Shown in pieces: positions 40,041 through 50,230 of a stretch of DNA of 64,000 bases; positions within the stretch are counted from its first letter, which is position 1, and each line of letters opens with the position of its first letter. Under the pieces are notes generated by a model. It had not been told where the DNA came from. It saw only the letters and a program-made list of their open reading frames with translations, and did no database searches. This stretch comes from Armatimonadota bacterium. Its GTDB lineage: Bacteria > Armatimonadota > HRBIN16. The DNA lies in assembly GCA_963677485.1 (NCBI GenBank), contig OY781964.1, forward strand, positions 3,008,001 through 3,072,000, in the 5' to 3' direction. A program made the translations under genes and the position numbers.

Positions 40041-41321
40041 ATGAACCGATATATCAAACCGCTCATCGCCTGCACCTTAGTTGGTTTCAGCCAACTCAGC
40101 TTGGCCCAACAGGCAAAGGCACCCCTCAGTCTGCCGCAGTGTATAGAACTGGCGCTGCGCAGCAACAGCAGCGTGCTGAGTGCAGGAAACAGCCTGAAGC
40201 TATCGATAAGCCGCATTGATTCCGCCAACGCCGGGTACCTGCCCAAGGTATCGCTCCAGGGCAACCTGTTCACCGGATCATCTGGTGAGCTTGGAACCAA
40301 TTCGACCACAGATGCCTCACTGACAGCTTCGATCAGCATCTACGATGGCGGTTTCCGCGAAGAGAAGCTGATCCAAGCACGGCACGGCGTGACTCAAAGC
40401 CAGTCACAGCTCACACGAACCCGGCAAACGACTATTTACAATGTGAGCACGAGCTACTACGAGCTGCTTCGGTCGCGTGAGCTGGTGGATGTGGCCAAAT
40501 CCAATGTGAGCTACAACGAAGCACTGAGCGCCCAGATCACATCTAAAGCCCAGGAAGGGGCTGCTGCCGATGTCGATGTGCTGCCGGTGGAGGCGCAAGC
40601 GGCCAGTGCCAGGGTGTCACTGCTGTCCGCCGAAAACCAGGTGCGTGTGTCGCTGGTGCAGCTTCAGAACACAATGGGGCTGGGATCGCAGCCTGGATTT
40701 GATGTGGCCCCTGCAGCCGATATCGCCGTGGTGGTGCCCGAAAGCTTGAATGCGTGTCTTGAGAGTGCCCAAACCAAGCGCACAGAAATTGTGCAGTTGG
40801 CGGCCGCAGCCGCTGTAAATCGCTCCACCGTGCGGCAGGCCAAACTGGCCATGCTGCCGATACCTACAGTGACTGGATCCTACCAGTCGCAACTGTCGGG
40901 CAGTGACACATTAAGCGGTGCCACCATCATGGGCACGCTTTCGATCGACCTCTACAGCGGGGGCAGCAATCAAGCAGCATACCGACAGGCGCAGCTTCAG
41001 TATGAGGACAGCCTCTTGACGCTAGAGCAACAGAAGCGAGATATCGGAGCTGAGGTGGAGCAGGCCTACCTAAACCTGCAAAGCACCCGTGAGAGGATTG
41101 ACGCCGCACGGCTAAGCCTATCCTCTGCAGAGCGCAACTACGCAGCTCAAAAAGAGAGATACAGCCAAGGGATCGGCACCACGCTTGATCTGCTCAATGC
41201 GGAATCCCAGGTGGTCTCTGCACAATCCAGCTATGTTCAAGCTCGTTACGACCATACCATCGCCTCTGTGCAGTTGAAATATGCGGTTGGTGACTTAGGA
41301 GAGAACAATGAAGAAAAGTAA
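40041..41321 (+). CDS. TolC-family outer membrane efflux protein
   Basis: Signal peptide, LSL.QCIELAL, YLPKVSL, IYDGG, RYSQGIGTTLDLLNAE. Confidence 0.9.
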   Translation: MNRYIKPLIACTLVGFSQLSLAQQAKAPLSLPQCIELALRSNSSVLSAGNSLKLSISRIDSANAGYLPKVSLQGNLFTGSSGELGTNSTTDASLTASISIYDGGFREEKLIQARHGVTQSQSQLTRTRQTTIYNVSTSYYELLRSRELVDVAKSNVSYNEALSAQITSKAQEGAAADVDVLPVEAQAASARVSLLSAENQVRVSLVQLQNTMGLGSQPGFDVAPAADIAVVVPESLNACLESAQTKRTEIVQLAAAAAVNRSTVRQAKLAMLPIPTVTGSYQSQLSGSDTLSGATIMGTLSIDLYSGGSNQAAYRQAQLQYEDSLLTLEQQKRDIGAEVEQAYLNLQSTRERIDAARLSLSSAERNYAAQKERYSQGIGTTLDLLNAESQVVSAQSSYVQARYDHTIASVQLKYAVGDLGENNEEK

Positions 41322-42972
41322 GAGGATCAAACAGATCGCCGGAATCATCGTGATCGTGTTGATTGTGGTGGCCGGTGTGATGGTGATGAAGGCGCGGAAT
41401 GCAGCGGCATCCAAACCTCAACTGCAGACAGATACAGTGAAACGGGACTCGATCGTGTCCAGCGTCTCAGGTAATGGTGTGCTGGAGCCGCTGACAACCG
41501 TTGAGGTGAAGTCCAATGTGGGCGGCACCGTGGTGGAGATGACCGTTGACGAGGGGGATGTGGTTAAAGCGGGGCAACTGATCGCCAAGATCGATCCCGC
41601 TGACTCCATATCACAACTTGACCAGGTCAAAGCGGATAACATGAGCGCACAGTCAAAGGTGTCGCAATCAAAACAGGCGTATTCGCTGCAGCGTGAGCAG
41701 ACTGATGCGAATGTGGTCTCATCGGAGCAGGCTTTGATCACCGCCGGGCAGCGTCTGGCTCAGGCAGCTCAGCAGGCCAAGATACAGCCGAAACTGACCT
41801 CAGAAAGCATCAAGCAGGCCAGCCTGTCACTAGATACAGCCCGCTCCGACCTGAGACAGCTCAAAACAGCGACTATCCCACAGATGATATCAAGCACAAA
41901 ATCCAACTATGACCAGTCTCAGGTTTCATACCAGGAAGCCGAGAAGAACCTGCAGCGTCAGAAGGCATTGTTGGAGAAGGGGTTTGTTTCGCGCAGCGTA
42001 GTCGATGCCGCCGAGAGTCAGTATAGCTCCGCTAAGGCACAGATGGATATCGCCAAGAGTAAACTCGACACGGTGAATTCTGAAGTAGACGAACAGATGC
42101 GCAGCGCGGAGTCGAAGGTGTCTCAAGCGATGTCCATGCTGGAGTCGGCGAAAGCCAACGGCATTCAGGATGACCTGAAGCACCGTGATCTGCTTGCTGC
42201 CAGTGCAGCGGTCAAGCAGGCTGAAGCCTCTCTCGCATCATCTAGGTCATCGGCCATTCAAGTGCAGATGAAGGGTGAAGAGATACTGCAAGCTCAGTCT
42301 TCGCTGGTCCGGTCAGAGGCCACCGTTAAGAACGCACAAACCCAGTTGGGTTACACCACGATTGTGGCACCCAGCTCCGGTGTGGTTGTGAAGAAGTATG
42401 CGGAAACGGGATCTATGGTGACCGCTGGTAAGTCCTCTTTCTCCGGTAGCGGGTCGGGTGTGACCATCGTCGACATCGCCGATACCAGCCGGATGCAGGT
42501 GGTGGTTGATGTGGACGAGACCGACATCAGCAAGATCAGCGTCGGTCAGGAAGTGGATGTCACAGTGGATGCCTTCCCGAAGGAGCTGTTCGCCGGTAAA
42601 GTCACCAAAGTGGCCCCCGCTGCAGAGCAGACGCAGAGTGTGACCACCATTCCTGTGACTGTAGAACTTAAGCAGCCTGACACCCGCCTGAAACCTCAGA
42701 TGAATGCGAGCTGTGATTTCATCATCGCCCGCAAGGACAACGTGCTCTGCATCTCTATCGACGCCGTGGTAGAGACAGATAACGGCACCGAAGTGACCGT
42801 GATGGCAAATGGTCAGGCCGTCCCTAAGAAAGTGGAAATCGGACTGACGGGTGACGAATACTGCGAAGTGAAGTCCGGGCTTAAAGAGGGTGACACCATT
42901 GTGATACCCGAAGAGGACACAAGCAGTAAGTCGAAGGGAATGGGTGGCCCTGGCGGACCGCCACCGATGTAG
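41308..42972 (+). CDS. Efflux membrane fusion protein (MacA/HlyD-like) with long coiled coil
   Basis: N-terminal [44 protein letters not shown]. Confidence 0.9.
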   Translation: MKKSKRIKQIAGIIVIVLIVVAGVMVMKARNAAASKPQLQTDTVKRDSIVSSVSGNGVLEPLTTVEVKSNVGGTVVEMTVDEGDVVKAGQLIAKIDPADSISQLDQVKADNMSAQSKVSQSKQAYSLQREQTDANVVSSEQALITAGQRLAQAAQQAKIQPKLTSESIKQASLSLDTARSDLRQLKTATIPQMISSTKSNYDQSQVSYQEAEKNLQRQKALLEKGFVSRSVVDAAESQYSSAKAQMDIAKSKLDTVNSEVDEQMRSAESKVSQAMSMLESAKANGIQDDLKHRDLLAASAAVKQAEASLASSRSSAIQVQMKGEEILQAQSSLVRSEATVKNAQTQLGYTTIVAPSSGVVVKKYAETGSMVTAGKSSFSGSGSGVTIVDIADTSRMQVVVDVDETDISKISVGQEVDVTVDAFPKELFAGKVTKVAPAAEQTQSVTTIPVTVELKQPDTRLKPQMNASCDFIIARKDNVLCISIDAVVETDNGTEVTVMANGQAVPKKVEIGLTGDEYCEVKSGLKEGDTIVIPEEDTSSKSKGMGGPGGPPPM

Positions 42973-42982
42973 GGGGTGCAAC

Positions 42983-43714
42983 ATGATACAGACAACGAAT
43001 CTATCTAAGACATACCACATGGGCGACTTCGCTCTGCAGGCTCTGAAGGGGGCTACTGTCACGGTGAATAAGGGGGAGTTCGTGGCGATTATGGGCCCCT
43101 CCGGGTCGGGTAAATCAACCTTCATGAACATCATCGGCTGCCTGGACCGGCCTACCGATGGCACATACAGCCTGGAAGGTGTACAGGTTGCGGGCATGGA
43201 TGATGATGAGTTGGCAGCGATCCGTAACCGCAAGATCGGGTTTGTGTTTCAAACATTTAACCTGATTCCGAGAAGATCGGCGCTACGCCAGGTGATGCTG
43301 CCCCTGCTATATAACCCAGAGGCCGACCACTACGAAGCACGAGCCCGTGAGGCGCTGATCCGAGTCGGGTTGGAAGGCCGTATGGATCACAAGCCCAATG
43401 AGCTGTCTGGCGGTCAGCAGCAGCGTGTGGCCATCGCCAGGGCATTAGTGACCAATCCTGTCATCATCCTGGGCGATGAGCCGACCGGTAACCTGGATTC
43501 GCGTACCAGTGAGGAGATCATGATGATCTTTCAAGAGCTGCACCGTGAGGGTAAGACAGTTGTGATAGTGACACATGAGGAAGATATCGGCCGTCACGCG
43601 ACTCGGATCATACGGTTCCGAGATGGCCATATCGTGTCTGATGAGCCTGTTACAGAGCGTATCGATGCCCGAGATGCGATGGCGGCCCTGCCGCCGGTGG
43701 AGGTATCAGCATGA
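42983..43714 (+). CDS. ABC transporter ATP-binding protein (MacB/LolD-like)
   Basis: [36 protein letters not shown]. Confidence 0.95.
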   Translation: MIQTTNLSKTYHMGDFALQALKGATVTVNKGEFVAIMGPSGSGKSTFMNIIGCLDRPTDGTYSLEGVQVAGMDDDELAAIRNRKIGFVFQTFNLIPRRSALRQVMLPLLYNPEADHYEARAREALIRVGLEGRMDHKPNELSGGQQQRVAIARALVTNPVIILGDEPTGNLDSRTSEEIMMIFQELHREGKTVVIVTHEEDIGRHATRIIRFRDGHIVSDEPVTERIDARDAMAALPPVEVSA

Positions 43715-44925
43715 ACATCAAAGAGAGCCTGTCCGTCGCCATGGAGGGCCTTGCCGCCAACAAAATGCGGGCCTTGCTGACCATGCTGGGCATCATTATC
43801 GGTGTCTCTGCCGTGATCACTATGCTGGCCCTGGCTGGCGGAGCCAGCGGCAAGATGATGAGCCAAATTCAAGCTATGGGTACCAATGTGCTTGTGGTGA
43901 TGTCTGGTCAGTCACGATCGGGGGCTGTGCGGGGCGGATTCGGCAGTATGCCGACACTAAAACTGGCTGATTCCCAAATGATACTGGTGAAGTGCCCTGC
44001 CATCGCAAAAGTAGCGCCTGAGGTGCAAACCAGTGCGCAGGTGAAATACCGCAACAAGAACACCAATACCACCATATTGGGCACTACGCCCGATTACTTA
44101 AGTGTGCGAAACTACAGGTTAGCCAAGGGTCACAGCTTTCGTGAAAGAGATGTGGATTCAAGCCGCAAAGTGGCGCTTATTGGTCCAACCACTGCGAAAA
44201 ATCTGTTCGGTAAAGCCACACCGGTGGGGAAGACCATCAGCATCAAGGGTATGGAGTTCCAGGTGCTGGGGCTGTTGAAGTCAAAAGGAACCAGCGGATT
44301 TGGTGATCCCGATGATCAGATCATGATCCCGGTGACGACAGCCATGCACCGGTTGATGGGCTCTACCAACATCCGCAGCATCAACTGCCAAGCTCAGAGC
44401 ATGGCTTTGATGGACAGGGGCACCAGCCAGATCACGAAGCTGCTACGCCGTCGGCACAAAATCGCAACTGGAGCCGATGATGACTTTCAGGTGAGGAACC
44501 AGGCCGAAATCATGGAGATGGCGAATGAAACATCCAAGGTGTTCACGCTGCTGCTGGGAGGCATCGCGGGAGTGTCACTACTGGTCGGTGGAATCGGCGT
44601 GATGAACATCATGCTGGTTTCTGTCACGGAACGAACACGGGAGATCGGTGTCCGTAAGGCACTCGGTGCCAGGCGGGCTGATATCCAGTGGCAGTTCCTC
44701 ATCGAAGCATTAGTGTTGTCCACCACGGGAGGTGTATTAGGCATCTTGCTGGGGATGGTGGCCTCGTTGATATTGTCCAAGGCTACAGGTTTGAATGCGG
44801 CCGTGAGTATGGGCTCGGTGGCATTATCCTTTAGCTTTTCGATGCTGGTGGGAGTGTTCTTTGGGTATTACCCTGCACGCTCTGCCTCACTACTCGACCC
44901 GATAGAATCGCTGAGATACGAATAG
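43711..44925 (+). CDS. ABC transporter permease (MacB/FtsX-like)
   Basis: [55 protein letters not shown]. Confidence 0.95.
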   Translation: MNIKESLSVAMEGLAANKMRALLTMLGIIIGVSAVITMLALAGGASGKMMSQIQAMGTNVLVVMSGQSRSGAVRGGFGSMPTLKLADSQMILVKCPAIAKVAPEVQTSAQVKYRNKNTNTTILGTTPDYLSVRNYRLAKGHSFRERDVDSSRKVALIGPTTAKNLFGKATPVGKTISIKGMEFQVLGLLKSKGTSGFGDPDDQIMIPVTTAMHRLMGSTNIRSINCQAQSMALMDRGTSQITKLLRRRHKIATGADDDFQVRNQAEIMEMANETSKVFTLLLGGIAGVSLLVGGIGVMNIMLVSVTERTREIGVRKALGARRADIQWQFLIEALVLSTTGGVLGILLGMVASLILSKATGLNAAVSMGSVALSFSFSMLVGVFFGYYPARSASLLDPIESLRYE

Positions 44926-44948
44926 AAATCGCCCACAAGGAGGGTGAA

Positions 44949-45557
44949 ATGAAAAAGCAGAAAATCTACATCACTGCTGCCATGGTGTTGCTCGTGGCAA
45001 CATTGGTGCCGTTATTGCAGGGCTGTAGCCGGTCGCAGCAGTCGCAGAACGGGACGGCGCTCACCGGTAATTCGTCTTCTCGACCTAAGATGGAAGAGAT
45101 GCGGTATGGCATGCAACTCATGGGTTTGTTTGATGGTGTCCGGCTACTTGAAACCAAGGGGCAGAATAAGTTATCAGCTCAGCAGGCGCGTGACATGGTA
45201 ACGGTCATCACCACAGCACGGACTGGCGACACATTCAATGAAACCAACGCGAAAGACGCCATTCGGTCGGTCCAGTTGATATTGACGGCAAAACAGCGTA
45301 CTGAAATTGGTGCCATGATACCTGAGCAGGGGTTTCATAAGGGGCATCAGGGTGGGTCTGGCGGTCCTGGCGGAGCTGGTGGGCCCGGTGGTGGTCCTGG
45401 TGGTAGGGCTGGCGGTCCGCCTCCTGGTGGAGGAGCACAACAGGCCGGTGCCCCAGGGGCTCCGCAAGGCGGACCTGGCATGAACGGGAATATGATGCAG
45501 TCACCGCCCATCAACGAGCTGCTGGATGTGCTGGACAAGAAAGCGGCCGGATCGTAA
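44949..45557 (+). CDS. Lipoprotein with LTxxQ-type helical domain and Gly/Pro-rich tract
   Basis: Lipobox LQGC; LSAQQA and LTAKQR motifs; paralogous to 45783. Confidence 0.7.
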   Translation: MKKQKIYITAAMVLLVATLVPLLQGCSRSQQSQNGTALTGNSSSRPKMEEMRYGMQLMGLFDGVRLLETKGQNKLSAQQARDMVTVITTARTGDTFNETNAKDAIRSVQLILTAKQRTEIGAMIPEQGFHKGHQGGSGGPGGAGGPGGGPGGRAGGPPPGGGAQQAGAPGAPQGGPGMNGNMMQSPPINELLDVLDKKAAGS

Positions 45558-45782
45558 AGCACCGTTACCGTTGACATCACTCAACATGCAGCCCAGACGG
45601 AAGGTATAGATGGATAGTATATCTCCCGTTTGGGCCGATGTTATATTGGACCATTAAATAGACATGATTCGTGGCATATAAAGGTAAACTCATTACATGA
45701 GTTATACGTCATTACCGTATGACCATCAAGCACACATATGCTCTGGCAATGAGCCTGTGCGTGTAACCCTTAGGAGGGTTCT

Positions 45783-46481
45783 ATGAAAAAACAGACCATA
45801 GCATCTATTGGTATCGTAGCGGTACTGGCATCTGTGTTAACACTTGGTGTCAGTGCCCAAAAGCCTGAAGCGCCTGCGCCCCCCAGTCCAGAAGCGATGA
45901 TGAGGATGATGAATGCACATAAAAACGCATTTCAACTGATGGGGTTGTTAGGCAGTGTGAGGGCTGTTGAGGCTGGTAAAAACGCCCTTAACGTAAAGCA
46001 AGCCAAGATTATCCTCGGTGTTATCACCTCGGCACAAGCTAAAAAGCAGCTTGATGAAGCTACTGCAAAGCAAGCGATCAAAACCATCCAGACGACCCTT
46101 ACCGACAAACAGCGCAAGCAAATCGCCTCTCTCGGCGCGAAGGGTGGTCCGACCATGCCTCCAGGTGGCGGCGGAATGATGATGGGCCCAGGCGGACCGA
46201 ACGGCGGACGCCGTATAGGCCCGGGCGCACAGAAAAACACCCCTCGTCCTGCAGGCAAAGGTGGGATGCGAATGGGACCTAATGGCCAGAAACCTGGCGG
46301 TATGATGATGCCTCCTGGCGGAGCTGGCGGCCGCCGCATGGGAGCTGGCGGACCTGGTAATATGCCCGATATGACCAACTTCAATCCCATCAAACCCCGC
46401 AAGTTTGGACCTTCTGGTAAAACGATGGTGCCTTTTGACGATCTATTGAAGTCACTCAAGAAGAAGGCAAATATCAAGTAG
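45783..46481 (+). CDS. Secreted LTxxQ-type helical protein with Gly/Met/Pro-rich tract
   Basis: Signal peptide ending VSA; QLMGL, LNVKQA, LTDKQR; AGGAGG RBS. Confidence 0.7.
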   Translation: MKKQTIASIGIVAVLASVLTLGVSAQKPEAPAPPSPEAMMRMMNAHKNAFQLMGLLGSVRAVEAGKNALNVKQAKIILGVITSAQAKKQLDEATAKQAIKTIQTTLTDKQRKQIASLGAKGGPTMPPGGGGMMMGPGGPNGGRRIGPGAQKNTPRPAGKGGMRMGPNGQKPGGMMMPPGGAGGRRMGAGGPGNMPDMTNFNPIKPRKFGPSGKTMVPFDDLLKSLKKKANIK

Positions 46482-46520
46482 CTTCAATTGGTCTCCGGCT
46501 TGATGCATGCGGTTCCTCTG

Positions 46521-46574
46521 ACCGGTGCAGTCCATGAGTTGGCTTAAGGTTTTGACGGTATGGACTGCACCGGT
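46521..46574. other. 15-bp perfect inverted repeat (terminator or REP-like hairpin)
   Basis: ACCGGTGCAGTCCAT...ATGGACTGCACCGGT. Confidence 0.5.
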
Positions 46575-46700
46575 TCCGTTTGAGATGGTAGGTGAAATGA
46601 ACCTGCTGGTGACTGATGTTTTGTCATTTTTGCGATAATATATCCAGGTAGCATTTTCATGTGAATTTCAGTTACCCATCTACCAAATGAGGAGTTAAAA

Positions 46701-48227
46701 ATGGCAAACCTCTTCACCATGCTGCAGAACACCGCACGATCAAAGCCAGACTATATAGCCATCTTCTTCAAAGACACCACCATCAGCTACGACAAGTTAT
46801 TCCAATATGTATGTGGTGCTGCAAGCGCGTATCAACATTACGGTATCGGCCTCGGTGACCGCGTGGCAATATTGATGGGGAACTCACCACAATTCCCGAT
46901 TGCTTACTACGGCCTGCAGGCACTGGGTGCTGTGGCGGTACCAGGCAACCCGATGCTGAAGGCTGATGAGTTGACCTATATCTATAACAACGCCGAGGTG
47001 AAAGCCGTCGTCACCACTCCGCAATTGCTGGCTGTGGTGAAAGCGGCCCAGTCCCGAGTGCCCTCCTTGAAACATATCTTCGTATGCTCAGGTGATGCGC
47101 CAGGCGTCATCAGCTTCGATCCTCTTTGTCAGGTAGCTAATCCACCGGTTCCGATTGTGCCGGATTTTGATGCTAATACACATCCCGCCGTATTTATGTA
47201 CACCAGCGGCACGACAGGCTATCCCAAGGGCTGCATGTTGTCGCACCATAACATCATAGTGAACTCCATCAGCACCCATGAGGCTTTGAAATTCGGAGCT
47301 CACAGCGTAACACTGGGCGTGCTGCCGCTTTTTCATGCCTTCGCGGCCACCGTGTGTATGCACACCGTGTTTGAATCCGGATCGAGTGTGGTCATCGTTG
47401 AGAAGTTCGCACCGGACACCGTGCTGGACCAGATTGAACAGCACAAGGTCACCTTCATGGTGATGGTGCCCACGATGTTTGCCGCCATCACGCAGTTTGG
47501 CAGCGAGGGGCGCGAGAAGCTGGCGTCCGTCGAGTATTGTGCTTGCGGGGGTGCTCCGCTCTCTGAGGCTGTCTACGATGCTTTCAAGGCCAAATACGGC
47601 AGGAGCATCATTGAGGGATTTGGCCCCACGGAGTGTTCGCCGTGTACGTCGGTAAATCCGTTCGACGGCGTTCAGAAGCTGGGCAGCATCGGGCTGCCGT
47701 TACCCGGCGTGGAGATGAAGATACTTGATGACCAGGACCGCGAACTGGCCGCCAACGAAACGGGTGAGATAGTGGTCCGTGGCGAGAACATCATGCTGGG
47801 CTACCACAACATGCCGAAGGAAACCGCAGCGGCCATGGCCAGCGGCTGGTATCACACCGGCGACATCGGCAAGAAGGATGAGGACGGCTACTTCTACATC
47901 CTGGACCGCAAGAAAGACATGCTTCTGGTCGGGGGACTGAACGTATACCCTCGCGAGGTAGAAGAGGTGATGGTCCATCACCCGGCCGTGATGGAAGCAG
48001 CGGTGGTCGGTGAACCCGATGAGCTTCGCGGTGAGTCGCCGGTCGCCTTTGTGGTGCTCAAGCCCGGCGTCCAGTGTACCGACCGCGAGTTGTTGAAGTG
48101 GTGCCGGCAGAGGCTGGCTGCGTATAAAGTGCCCAAGCGGGTGGTCTTCCGTGAGGCGCTTCCCAAGTCGGCCACCATGAAGGTTCTCAAGCGGTTGCTG
48201 CGCGAGGAGCTACAGAGCGGGGCCTGA
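46701..48227 (+). CDS. Long-chain fatty acid--CoA ligase (FadD-like, ANL family) 1
   Basis: YTSGTTGYPKG, EGFGPTE, WYHTGDIG, DRKKD, NVYPREVE. Confidence 0.9.
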   Translation: MANLFTMLQNTARSKPDYIAIFFKDTTISYDKLFQYVCGAASAYQHYGIGLGDRVAILMGNSPQFPIAYYGLQALGAVAVPGNPMLKADELTYIYNNAEVKAVVTTPQLLAVVKAAQSRVPSLKHIFVCSGDAPGVISFDPLCQVANPPVPIVPDFDANTHPAVFMYTSGTTGYPKGCMLSHHNIIVNSISTHEALKFGAHSVTLGVLPLFHAFAATVCMHTVFESGSSVVIVEKFAPDTVLDQIEQHKVTFMVMVPTMFAAITQFGSEGREKLASVEYCACGGAPLSEAVYDAFKAKYGRSIIEGFGPTECSPCTSVNPFDGVQKLGSIGLPLPGVEMKILDDQDRELAANETGEIVVRGENIMLGYHNMPKETAAAMASGWYHTGDIGKKDEDGYFYILDRKKDMLLVGGLNVYPREVEEVMVHHPAVMEAAVVGEPDELRGESPVAFVVLKPGVQCTDRELLKWCRQRLAAYKVPKRVVFREALPKSATMKVLKRLLREELQSGA

Positions 48228-48259
48228 CGGGGGCGGTGCTTCGATAGTAAGCAACTTGG

Positions 48260-48427
48260 CTGGCTATGTCCGGGGCGGTCTGTCAGTACGCCTGCGGAGG
48301 CCATTGTCCATAGGCCGCGCCGGTCTTGATCCTGACACATATCTTTCATGGCTGTCCGCCAGACCGGCGCGGTCTTGAGCCTTCTGTAGCCGATAGCCTG
48401 CGCACAGACCGCCCCGGACATAGGCAA
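48260..48427. repeat. Repeat family A, full copy
   Basis: TGGCTATGTCCGGGGCGGTCTGT ... ACAGACCGCCCCGGACATAGGCAA. Confidence 0.88.
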
Positions 48428-48663
48428 CGGTTGGTTGCTATAGATGCGAACGGCTATTCGCATATCACCTGTCGCATCAACGTGACGCGTGGGTTTCGTT
48501 CTGTATTCCCTTGCCCATTTGGCCGAGGTGGAATGAATGATCACGGTCGTATTGCCATATACGTCGTTTAGTTTAAAAACAGCCACTTGGGGACATGTAG
48601 ATACCATATGGATGCTCAAGTCTCGTATAATGGCAATAGAAGTATGGAGGACACTGCACAGAA

Positions 48664-50214
48664 ATGACACTGTTTCAACTACTTACAAATACTACGCATC
48701 GGCTGCCCAATAAGACCGTCCTGACTTACCGTGAGAAGAGATTCAGCTTCTCAGAGCTGCACCAGGCGTGTTGTTCTGCGGCGGACGGGTTCATCAAAGC
48801 CGGTGTCAAAAAGGGTGACCGCGTATCGATCGTGCTCGGTAACAGCCCGGCGTTTGTGATGGCCTACTATGGCTTGCAGGCCATCGGGGCCATTCCTGTG
48901 CCGAGTAACCCCAAGCTGACCCAGGAAGAGCTTTCATACATCTACAACGACGCTGCTTGCGTGGCGGTAGTCTGCTGCCCGCTGGTGGTGAAGGTTGTGC
49001 TTGAAGCGCAGAAGAGTTCACCCACGGTGCGCACCATCTTCTGTGCGAACGGTGTCGTTGATGGCTGCGAGGACTTCGATACGATCTGCGCGCGCAAAGG
49101 AATATCTCAACCTGAGGCCCCTGGGATTGACCCTGTGAATGATGCCTCCGTGTTCTTATATACCTCTGGCACCACCGGGTTCCCAAAAGGCTGCATGTTG
49201 TCTCACCACAACCAGATTGCCAACATGAAGATGGCCGAAGAGGCCCTGAAGCTCACCGGTGATGACAGCTATATGACGGTGTTGCCGTTGTTCCACACCT
49301 TTGCCAGTTCATTGTGTATGAACCAGAGCATACGGCTGGGTGGTCGGTTTGACCTATTGGACTACCCCGTACCGAACGCAGTTTTGGACTGCCTGGAGCA
49401 GAACCGGAACACCATTTGCCCCATCGTGCCCACGATGTATGCCGCCATCCTGCACTTTGCGGATGGGCAGCAGCGGGACCTCAGCGGCGTGAGGCTGTTT
49501 GTCTCCGCGGGAGCACCGATCTCCGTGGCGACTCTCAATGCGTTCAAGGCGAAATATGGCAAGGGCATCATCGAAGGTTATGGCAGCACGGAGCTTTCGC
49601 CCTTCTGTTCATTCAGCCCATTGGGCGGGCCGGAGCGGGCAGGGGCGGTGGGCGTGCCGGTGCCCGGTGTGGAGATGGCCGTGGTGGATGAGAATGACCA
49701 GCACCTTGGTGACGAAGAGCGCGGTGAGATCATCGTGAAAGGTGAGAGTGTCATGATCGGCTATCACAATATGCCGGAGGCGACGGCTGAGGCCCTGAAA
49801 GGCGGCTGGTATCATACTGGCGATATCGGCCGACGTGATGCTGATGGGTTCTATTGGATCATGGACCGCAAGAAGGACATGCTGCTGGTGGGCGGGCTGA
49901 ACGTCTACCCGAGGGAAATTGAAGAGGTCATCAGCAAGCACCCCAGCATAGCGGAAGTGGCGGTGATCGGCGAATACGACGATCTGCGCGGCGAAATACC
50001 TGTGGCTTTCGTGGTACCGAAACCTGAACACACCATTGATGTACATGAGCTGCTGCGCTTCAGTCGGACGCATCTGGCCAACTACAAGGTTCCTCGCCGA
50101 ATTATGCTGCGAGACTCATTACCGAAGGGCCCGTCGTTGAAGATACTCAAGCGGGTGCTGCGCGATGAACACAAAGCCTTCCTTGAGACGATTCAAGAGA
50201 AGAGCATAAGCTGA
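48664..50214 (+). CDS. Long-chain fatty acid--CoA ligase (FadD-like) 2
   Basis: YTSGTTGFPKG, EGYGSTE, WYHTGDIG, DRKKD. Confidence 0.9.
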   Translation: MTLFQLLTNTTHRLPNKTVLTYREKRFSFSELHQACCSAADGFIKAGVKKGDRVSIVLGNSPAFVMAYYGLQAIGAIPVPSNPKLTQEELSYIYNDAACVAVVCCPLVVKVVLEAQKSSPTVRTIFCANGVVDGCEDFDTICARKGISQPEAPGIDPVNDASVFLYTSGTTGFPKGCMLSHHNQIANMKMAEEALKLTGDDSYMTVLPLFHTFASSLCMNQSIRLGGRFDLLDYPVPNAVLDCLEQNRNTICPIVPTMYAAILHFADGQQRDLSGVRLFVSAGAPISVATLNAFKAKYGKGIIEGYGSTELSPFCSFSPLGGPERAGAVGVPVPGVEMAVVDENDQHLGDEERGEIIVKGESVMIGYHNMPEATAEALKGGWYHTGDIGRRDADGFYWIMDRKKDMLLVGGLNVYPREIEEVISKHPSIAEVAVIGEYDDLRGEIPVAFVVPKPEHTIDVHELLRFSRTHLANYKVPRRIMLRDSLPKGPSLKILKRVLRDEHKAFLETIQEKSIS

Positions 50215-50230
50215 TACCGAAAGTATACAC

